This document shows positions 1 to 8,817 of a stretch of DNA of 8,817 nucleotides, one piece after another. This DNA comes from a virus (Duplodnaviria > Heunggongvirae > Uroviricota > Caudoviricetes). Made by a program: the position numbers and the translations under genes. The DNA lies in IMG/VR virus record IMGVR_UViG_2671181028_000014; one strand, given 5' to 3'. Under the pieces are notes generated by a model that was not told the DNA's origin, ran no database searches, and was given only the letters and a program-made list of their open reading frames with translations. How positions within the stretch are numbered: the stretch's first letter is position 1; the number at the start of each line of letters is the position of its first letter.

Positions 1-2979
1 GCCAGCGATGCAGAACGGTCTTCTGCCCGTATGCAGCGTTTTATGGAGCGTCAGACTCAGGCCGCCCGGCAGACAACGCAGGCGGCTTCTTCGGCTGCAA
101 CAGCCGCATCCGTCCATGCGCAGACGGTGGAGAAGAACGCACAGGCTCATGAACGCATGGCCCGCGAGGTGGAGAAAACCCGCCAGCGCATGGAGGCGCT
201 GAGCCAGAAAATGCGCGAGGAACAGGCGCAGGCCATGGCTCTGGCGGAGGCTCAGGATAAAGCGGCTGCTGCGTTTTATCGTCAGATTGACAGTGTGAAA
301 CAGGCCGGTGCGGGGCTGCAGGAATTACAGCGTATTCAGCAACAGATCCGACAGGCCAGAAACAGTGGCGGGATTGGTCAGCAGGATTATCTGGCGCTGA
401 TTTCTGAGGTTACGGCGAAAACCCGTGTTCTTACACAGGCTGAGGAAGAGGCTACCCGACAGAAAGTGGCGTTTATCCGTCAGCTTAAAGAGCAGGCAAC
501 CCGCCAGAATCTTTCTTCTTCTGAGTTGCTTCGTGCTAAGGCTGCCCAGCTGGGGGTAAGCAGTGCTGCAGAAGTGTATATCCGCAAAATGGAGCAGGCA
601 GGAAAAGCCACGCATTCGCTGGGTCTGAAAAGTGCAGCAGCCCGTCAGGAGATAGGCGTTCTGATAGGTGAACTGGCCCGCGGCAATTTAGGTGCGCTGA
701 GGGGATCCGGAATAACGCTGGCTAACCGTGCCGGGTGGATAGACACACTGATGTCACCGAAAGGCATGATGCCAGGAGCGGTTATTGGCGGTATTGCCGC
801 GGCTGTCTATGGTCTGGGTAAAGCCTGGTATGACGGTCAGAAGGAGGGGGAAGAATTTAACCGCCAGCTGTCGCTGACGGGGCATTATGCCGGAGTCACT
901 GCCGGGCAGCTGTGGACGCTCAGTCGTGCTATTTCCGGGAATGGTATCACGCAACATGCTGCAGCCGGTGCGCTGGCTCAGGTGGTGGGGAGTGGTGCAT
1001 TTCGTGGAAACGATATCGGTATGGTGGCGAGAGCTGCCGCACAGATGGAGCGATCGGTTGGCCAGTCGGTCAGCGATACCATAAATCAGTTTAAGCGGCT
1101 GAAGGATGATCCTGTAAATGCCGCGAAGGCTCTGGACAATGAGCTGCATTTTCTTACTGCCACTCAGCTTGAGCAGATACGCGTCCTTGGGGAGCAGGGG
1201 CGGTCCAGTGATGCTGCACGGATAGCCATGTCTGCACTGGCAGAGGAAACCGGTCGGCGTACTGCGGATATTGATAATAACCTCAATGCGCTTGGCAGTA
1301 CGCTGAAGTATCTGTCTGATTTGTGGAGTCGTTTCTGGGATGCGGCCATGAATATTGGTCGTGAAGACTCGCTGGATGAACAGATTGCCGCTTTACAGGA
1401 GAAAGTGTCGCGGGCGAAAAGACTCCCCTGGACGGCATCATCTTCTCAGGTTGAATACGATCAGCAGCGTCTTAACGATCTTCAGGAGAAAAAACGCCAG
1501 AAGGATTTGCAGGATGCAAAAGAGCAGGCAGAGCGGAATTATCAGGAGCAACAGAAACGCCGTAATGCTGAAAATGCTGCACTGAACCGGATGAATGAAA
1601 CGGAAGCAGCACGACATCAGCGTGAAATAGCGCGTATTAATGCCATGCAGTACGCCGATCAGGCTGTCAGGGATGCGGCGATACAACGTGAAAATGAACG
1701 TTACGAGAAAGCCCTGGCATCCGGTAAGAAAAAAACACGCGAAACCCGTAATGATGAGGCCACCCGGTTATTGCTGCAGTACAGTCAGCAACAGGCACAG
1801 GTGGAAGGACAGATTGCTGCTGCCAGACAGTCAGCAGGCATTGCCACGGAAAGGATGACAGAAGCGCATAAACAGCTTCTGGCTCTGCAGCAGCGCATCA
1901 GCGACCTGGACGGGAAAAAACTGACGGCAGATGAAAAGAGTGTGCTGGCCCGTAAAGATGAACTGATTCAGGCACTGACGCTGCTGGATGTAAAACAGCA
2001 GGAGCTTCAGAAACAGACGGCACTCAACGAGCTGAAGAAAAAAACAATTCAGCTGACCAGTCAACTGGCTGAAGAAGAGCGCGCTCAGCGTCAGCAACAT
2101 GACCTGGATATCGCCACGGTGGGTATGGGTGATCAGCAGCGGCAGCGATATCAGGTACAACTGAGTCTTCGCCAGAAATACCAGCAACAGCTGGAGCAGT
2201 TGAGGCGGGATAGTGAGCAGAAAGGGATATATAACACTGATGACTACAGAAAGTCCGAGCAGGCGCTGACGGAGAGCCTGAACCGACAACTGAATGAGAA
2301 TCGCCGTTACTGGCAACAGCTTGAAGTTGTGCAGGGTAACTGGAAAAACGGTGCTATGCGGGCGTTTCAGAATTTCACGGCAGATGCGGATAATGCGGCA
2401 GGCACTGCTGAGCAGATGCTTACAGCGGCATTTAACAGTGCAGGTAATGCACTGGCAACGTTCTGTACTACCGGAAAACTGAACTTCAAATCTTTTACCG
2501 CCTCGCTCCTTTCTGATCTGGCAAAAATCATGGCTCAGATGTCCATGATGCAGGCAGTTAAGGGGATTGGTTCGGCGTTTGGCTGGGGGAGTGCAGCAAC
2601 TGCCAGTGTGACGCCCAATGCTGATGGTGGTGTTTATCAGTCTGCTGATTTGAGTCGCTACAGTGGCACGGTGGTTAACCGTCCGACGTTTTTTGCTTTT
2701 GCAAAAGGTGCAGGTGTGATGGGGGAAGCTGGGCCTGAAGCCATTCTGCCTCTGCGTCGTGGTGCTGACGGTAAGCTGGGGGTTGTGGCGGATATTGGTG
2801 GTTCAGGTATGGCGATGTTTGCCCCGCAGTACAACATCGAGATCAATAACGATGGCACGAACGGGCAGATAGGTCCGGCTGCCCTGAAGGTGGTTTATGA
2901 CCTCGGGAAAAAAGCAGCAGCGGACTTTATGCAACAGCAGTCCCGTGATGGTGGTCTGTTCTCCGGAGGTGGACGATGA
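1..2979 (+). CDS. H: Tail tape-measure protein (lambda gpH family), 5'-truncated by window edge
   Basis: Frame 1 is open from nt 1 to the TGA at 2977-2979, so the ATG at 31 is an internal Met (no SD upstream). Long Q/A/E/R-rich coiled-coil region, a hydrophobic segment (MMPGAVIGGIAAAVYGL, nt ~766-828), and a Gly-rich C-terminus ending ...NNDGTNGQIGPAALKVVYD...RDGGLFSGGGR, which closely matches my recollection of the lambda gpH C-terminus. Sits immediately upstream of M with an ATGA stop/start overlap. Confidence 0.9.
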   Translation, partial: ASDAERSSARMQRFMERQTQAARQTTQAASSAATAASVHAQTVEKNAQAHERMAREVEKTRQRMEALSQKMREEQAQAMALAEAQDKAAAAFYRQIDSVKQAGAGLQELQRIQQQIRQARNSGGIGQQDYLALISEVTAKTRVLTQAEEEATRQKVAFIRQLKEQATRQNLSSSELLRAKAAQLGVSSAAEVYIRKMEQAGKATHSLGLKSAAARQEIGVLIGELARGNLGALRGSGITLANRAGWIDTLMSPKGMMPGAVIGGIAAAVYGLGKAWYDGQKEGEEFNRQLSLTGHYAGVTAGQLWTLSRAISGNGITQHAAAGALAQVVGSGAFRGNDIGMVARAAAQMERSVGQSVSDTINQFKRLKDDPVNAAKALDNELHFLTATQLEQIRVLGEQGRSSDAARIAMSALAEETGRRTADIDNNLNALGSTLKYLSDLWSRFWDAAMNIGREDSLDEQIAALQEKVSRAKRLPWTASSSQVEYDQQRLNDLQEKKRQKDLQDAKEQAERNYQEQQKRRNAENAALNRMNETEAARHQREIARINAMQYADQAVRDAAIQRENERYEKALASGKKKTRETRNDEATRLLLQYSQQQAQVEGQIAAARQSAGIATERMTEAHKQLLALQQRISDLDGKKLTADEKSVLARKDELIQALTLLDVKQQELQKQTALNELKKKTIQLTSQLAEEERAQRQQHDLDIATVGMGDQQRQRYQVQLSLRQKYQQQLEQLRRDSEQKGIYNTDDYRKSEQALTESLNRQLNENRRYWQQLEVVQGNWKNGAMRAFQNFTADADNAAGTAEQMLTAAFNSAGNALATFCTTGKLNFKSFTASLLSDLAKIMAQMSMMQAVKGIGSAFGWGSAATASVTPNADGGVYQSADLSRYSGTVVNRPTFFAFAKGAGVMGEAGPEAILPLRRGADGKLGVVADIGGSGMAMFAPQYNIEINNDGTNGQIGPAALKVVYDLGKKAAADFMQQQSRDGGLFSGGGR

Positions 2980-3305
2980 AAACCTTCCGCTGGAAAGTGA
3001 AACCCGGTATGGATGTGGCTTCGGCCCCTTCCGTAATAAAGGTGCGCTTTGGTGATGGCTATTCTCAGCGTGCGCCTGCCGGGCTGAACGCTGACCTGAA
3101 AACGTACAGCGTGACGCTTTCTGTTCCCCGCGAGGAGGCCACGGCACTGGAATCGTTTCTGGCTGAGCACGGGGGCTGGAAGGCCTTTCTGTGGACGCCG
3201 CCTTATGGCTACCGGCAGATAAAGGTGACCTGCGCAAAATGGTCGTCGCGGGTCAGTATGTTGCGTGTTGAGTTCAGCGCAGAGTTTGAACAGGTGGTGA
3301 ACTGA
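2976..3305 (+). CDS. M: Minor tail protein M (tail tip assembly)
   Basis: 109-aa ORF; GGAGG at 2965-2969 six nt upstream of the ATG; start overlaps the tape-measure stop (ATGA at 2976-2979). Sequence (MKTFRWKVKPGMDVASAP...) and length match lambda gpM as I recall it. Confidence 0.92.
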   Translation: MKTFRWKVKPGMDVASAPSVIKVRFGDGYSQRAPAGLNADLKTYSVTLSVPREEATALESFLAEHGGWKAFLWTPPYGYRQIKVTCAKWSSRVSMLRVEFSAEFEQVVN

Positions 3306-4003
3306 TGCAGAATATCCGACAGGAAACACTGAATGAATGCACCCGTGCGGAGCAGTCTGCCAGCGTGGTGCTCTGGGAAATCGATCTGACAGAGGTCGGC
3401 GGAGATCGTTATTTCTTCTGTAATGAGCAGAACGAAAAAGGTGAACCAGTCACCTGGCAGGGGCGGCAGTATCAGGCCTATCCCATTCAGGGAAGTGGAT
3501 TTGAGATGAACGGCAAAGGAGCCAGTGCAAGGCCAACGCTGAAAGTCTCTAATCTGCACGGCATGGTCACCGGGATGGCGGAAGACCTGCAGAGTCTGGT
3601 CGGAGGAACGGTGGTCAGGCGTAAGGTTTACGCCCGTTTTCTGGATGCGGTGAACTTCGTCAACGGAAATAGCGATGCCGATCCGGAGCAGGAGGTGATC
3701 AGCTGCTGGCGCATCGAGCAGTGCAGCGAACTGAGCGCGGTGAGCGCCTCTTTTGTACTGTCCACGCCGACGGAAACGGATGGCGCTGTTTTTCCGGGGC
3801 GCATCATGCTGGCCAACACCTGTACCTGGACCTATCGCGGTGATGAGTGCGGTTATAGCGGTCCGGCTGTCGCGGATGAATATGACCAGCCGACGTCCGA
3901 TATCACGAAAGATAAATGCAGTAAATGCCTGAGTGGCTGTAAGTTTCGCAATAATGTCGGCAACTTTGGCGGCTTCCTTTCCATTAACAAACTTTCGCAG
4001 TAA
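3305..4003 (+). CDS. L: Minor tail protein L (tail tip; Fe-S cluster-binding Cys motif)
   Basis: 232-aa ORF; AGGTGG at 3292-3297 upstream; start ATG overlaps the M stop by 1 nt (TGATG at 3303-3307). C-terminal Cys cluster (CTWTYRGDECGYSG ... CSKCLSGCKF). Length and sequence match lambda gpL as I recall it. Confidence 0.92.
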   Translation: MQNIRQETLNECTRAEQSASVVLWEIDLTEVGGDRYFFCNEQNEKGEPVTWQGRQYQAYPIQGSGFEMNGKGASARPTLKVSNLHGMVTGMAEDLQSLVGGTVVRRKVYARFLDAVNFVNGNSDADPEQEVISCWRIEQCSELSAVSASFVLSTPTETDGAVFPGRIMLANTCTWTYRGDECGYSGPAVADEYDQPTSDITKDKCSKCLSGCKFRNNVGNFGGFLSINKLSQ

Positions 4004-4007
4004 TCCC

Positions 4008-4751
4008 ATGACAGAGACAGAATCAGCGATTCTGGCGCACGCCCGGCGATGTGCGCCAGCGGAGTCGTGCGGCTTCGTGGTGAGAACGCCGGAGGGGGAA
4101 AGATATTTTCCCTGCGTGAATATCTCCGGTGAGCCGGAGGAGTATTTCCGGATGTCGCCGGAGGACTGGCTGCAGGCAGAAATGCAGGGGGAGATTGTGG
4201 CGCTGGTCCACAGTCACCCCGGTGGTCTGCCCTGGCTGAGTGAGGCCGATCGGCGGCTGCAGGTGCAGAGTGATTTGCCGTGGTGGCTGGTCTGCCGGGG
4301 GGAGATTCACAAATTCCGCTGTGTGCCACATCTGACAGGACGGCGCTTTGAGCACGGGGTGACGGACTGTTACACGCTGTTCCGGGATGCCTACCATCTG
4401 GCGGGAATTGATATGCCGGATTTTGAGCGTGAGGATGACTGGTGGCGCAACGGTCAGAACCTTTACCTGGACAATATGGCGGTCACCGGCTTTTACCAGG
4501 TGCCCCTGTCCTCTGCACAGCCGGGCGATATGCTGCTGTGCTGCTTTGGTGCGTCGGTGCCGAATCATGCCGCCATTTACTGTGGTGACGGCGAGCTGCT
4601 GCACCATATTCCTGAACAACTGAGCAAACGAGAGAGGTATACCGACAAATGGCAGCGACGCACACACTCCCTCTGGCGTCACCGGGCATGGCACGCATCT
4701 GCCTTTACGGGGATTTACAACGATTTGGTCGCCGCATCGACCTTCGTGTGA
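4008..4751 (+). CDS. K: Tail assembly protein K (N-terminal MPN/JAMM-like domain + C-terminal NlpC/P60-like domain)
   Basis: ORF in frame 3. JAMM signature HSHPGGLPWLSEAD (H-x-H-x7-S-x2-D) with an upstream Glu (CAPAESCGF); C-terminal region has a candidate NlpC/P60 catalytic Cys (GVTDCYTLF) and His (VPNHAAIY). Start chosen as the first ATG after the L stop (4008) so that the MPN domain is complete; the lambda-style annotated start corresponds to the in-frame ATG at 4152. No strong SD before 4008, so the start is uncertain. Confidence 0.85.
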   Translation: MTETESAILAHARRCAPAESCGFVVRTPEGERYFPCVNISGEPEEYFRMSPEDWLQAEMQGEIVALVHSHPGGLPWLSEADRRLQVQSDLPWWLVCRGEIHKFRCVPHLTGRRFEHGVTDCYTLFRDAYHLAGIDMPDFEREDDWWRNGQNLYLDNMAVTGFYQVPLSSAQPGDMLLCCFGASVPNHAAIYCGDGELLHHIPEQLSKRERYTDKWQRRTHSLWRHRAWHASAFTGIYNDLVAASTFV

Positions 4752-5290
4752 AAACGGGGGCTGAAGCCATCCGGGCGCTGGCCACGCAGCTTCCGGCGTT
4801 TCGCCAGAAACTGAATGAGGGCTGGTATCAGGTGCGCATTTCCGGGCGTGATGCAGGCGAAAACGAATTATCTGCCCGTCTTAATGAGCCGCTGGCAAAT
4901 GGTGCCGTGATCCACATCGTACCGCGTCTGGCGGGTGCCAAAAGTGGCGGTATTTTTCAGGCAGTGCTGGGTGCGGCGCTAATTGCTACGGCAATCTGGA
5001 TGCCGGGGCTTAGTATTGTTGCAAGTAATCTCATGTTCTCTCTTGGGGCAGGTATGGTTTTAGGCGGTGTTGCGCAGATGCTGGCACCGAAAGCCAAAAC
5101 GCCTAAAGTGTCAGCCACTGATAACGGTAAGCAAAATACCTATTTTTCCTCATTGGATAACATGGTTGCCCAGGGCAATGTCCTGCCTGTTCTGTACGGT
5201 GAAATGCGCGTGGGGTCACGTGTGGCATCTCAGGAGATCAGCACGGCAGATGAAGGGGATGGTGGTCAGGTTGTGGTAATTGGGCGGTAA
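4649..5290 (+). CDS. I: Tail assembly protein I (ubiquitin-like N-terminus, hydrophobic central region)
   Basis: 213-aa ORF starting MAATHTLPLASPGMARICLYGDL...; GAGG at 4634-4637 upstream; overlaps the 3' end of K by 103 nt in a different frame, as I recall for lambda K/I. Ends ...EGDGGQVVVIGR, then TAA at 5288-5290. Confidence 0.9.
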   Translation: MAATHTLPLASPGMARICLYGDLQRFGRRIDLRVKTGAEAIRALATQLPAFRQKLNEGWYQVRISGRDAGENELSARLNEPLANGAVIHIVPRLAGAKSGGIFQAVLGAALIATAIWMPGLSIVASNLMFSLGAGMVLGGVAQMLAPKAKTPKVSATDNGKQNTYFSSLDNMVAQGNVLPVLYGEMRVGSRVASQEISTADEGDGGQVVVIGR

Positions 5291-5350
5291 TATTATTTAC
5301 TCATGTTCTAACTGATTTAATATTTATATCGAACACTGATAATTATTCTG
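5291..5350 (+). promoter_or_regulatory. Putative sigma70-type promoter region for the inserted lipoprotein gene (AT-rich)
   Basis: ~70% AT intergenic stretch immediately upstream of the lipoprotein gene. Weak -35-like TTTACT (5296-5301) and -10-like TAATAT (5318-5323) with a 16-nt spacer; other -10-like hexamers (TATTTA, TATATC) nearby. By eye only, no experimental support. Confidence 0.3.
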
Positions 5351-5362
5351 TTGGTTAGCTAT

Positions 5363-5701
5363 ATGAACAAAACGATTTTATTCTGCACGATTATTGCCTT
5401 AACAGGATGTAAATCTTTGGATTACGTAAAATCCGGCAAGCCTGTAATGGAAGGTAATTCATTAAAAAATATTGATGAATTGTCAGGCTGCATATCTAGA
5501 CAATGGGCTGGTAATGGAACACCTATAACATCCATTCCTATTGAGAATGGGGTAAGCCTTTTAGTTCCACAGGCTATGGGTGGGTATGATGTTGTGCTTG
5601 ATATCAAAAAAGCAGGAAATGGCAGTAGTTTTACTCTTTATGAACGCGTACCAGCATTAACGCCAAAAATTTTTGCTGATAGTGTTAATGCATGTAAATA
5701 A
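5363..5701 (+). CDS. Predicted outer-membrane lipoprotein of unknown function (moron between I and J)
   Basis: 112-aa ORF from the ATG at 5363 (the ORF track begins at an upstream TTG, 5351). N-terminus MNKTILFCTIIALTG|C has a basic n-region, hydrophobic h-region and an L-T-G-C lipobox; the residue after the lipidated Cys is Lys, not Asp, implying Lol sorting to the outer membrane. Gene is ~30-35% GC against >55% in the flanking tail genes. Followed by an intrinsic terminator. No SD is obvious. Confidence 0.8.
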   Translation: MNKTILFCTIIALTGCKSLDYVKSGKPVMEGNSLKNIDELSGCISRQWAGNGTPITSIPIENGVSLLVPQAMGGYDVVLDIKKAGNGSSFTLYERVPALTPKIFADSVNACK

Positions 5702-5724
5702 TAGTTAATCCTGCCGTAACTCAT

Positions 5725-5755
5725 GAGCCGCCTTTTGGGCGGCTTTGTTGTTTAT
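5725..5755 (+). terminator. Rho-independent terminator downstream of the lipoprotein gene
   Basis: GC-rich hairpin AGCCGCC (5726-5732) / GGCGGCT (5738-5744), 7 bp stem with a 5-nt loop (TTTTG), followed directly by a T-rich tract TTTGTTGTTTAT (5745-5755). Lies 24 nt after the lipoprotein stop and ~13 nt before the J ribosome-binding site. Confidence 0.7.
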
Positions 5756-5764
5756 GGAGTGTGA

Positions 5765-8817
<3,053 letters not shown>

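Noticed and set aside
31-33. ATG at 31 as the start of the tape-measure gene
   Set aside because: The reading frame is open upstream to nt 1 and there is no SD before nt 31, so the gene almost certainly begins outside the window.
1831-2316. 161-aa minus-strand ORF, and several 60-130-aa ORFs in both orientations inside 1-2979
   Set aside because: All fall within or antisense to the tape-measure coding frame, which is continuously open and has the expected coiled-coil and Gly-rich character. They are treated as spurious shadow ORFs.
3933-4007. GTG at 3933 (or ATG at 3954) as the K start, overlapping L by up to 71 nt
   Set aside because: No SD, and the translated extension (…FAIMSATLAASFPLTNF…) looks like read-through of the L 3' end in another frame. 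The first ATG after the L stop (4008) is more parsimonious.
3209-4009. 266-aa minus-strand ORF
   Set aside because: Antisense to L (and the end of M), which are well supported on the + strand. Low-complexity Arg/Ala-rich translation; no independent support.
4023-4694. 223-aa minus-strand ORF
   Set aside because: Antisense to K; K on the + strand carries clear JAMM and NlpC/P60 motifs, so this is a shadow ORF.
5351-5362. TTG at 5351 as the start of the lipoprotein gene (as in the ORF track)
   Set aside because: The ATG at 5363 gives a canonical signal-peptide n-region (MNK…) directly followed by the h-region and lipobox; the extra four residues (VSY-) add nothing and TTG is a rarer start. 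Not excluded, just less likely.
5363-5701. Assigning the lipoprotein to a named family (Cor, Llp, Bor, Lom)
   Set aside because: I do not recognise convincing sequence similarity to any of these from memory. The comparison is positional and functional only, so no family name or gene symbol is given.

Overview
This window is the distal tail-morphogenesis module of a lambda-like (lambdoid siphovirus) phage or prophage, all on the + strand: tape-measure protein (5' end outside the window) - M - L - K - I - [inserted gene] - J (3' end outside the window). Gene order, overlaps and protein sequences match what I recall of phage lambda H/M/L/K/I/J; this is from memory, not from an alignment. The one break in lambda synteny is a ~480 bp AT-rich insertion between I and J (5291-5767). 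It carries a small gene for a predicted outer-membrane lipoprotein (5363-5701) followed by its own intrinsic terminator, i.e. a classic moron sitting immediately upstream of the receptor-binding tail-tip gene. This is the best candidate for an undescribed accessory function, possibly receptor-masking superinfection exclusion or a host-fitness factor; its function cannot be determined from sequence alone. No tRNA, rRNA, CRISPR array, IS element or integrase is visible. All long minus-strand ORFs are antisense artefacts of the GC-rich coding strand.
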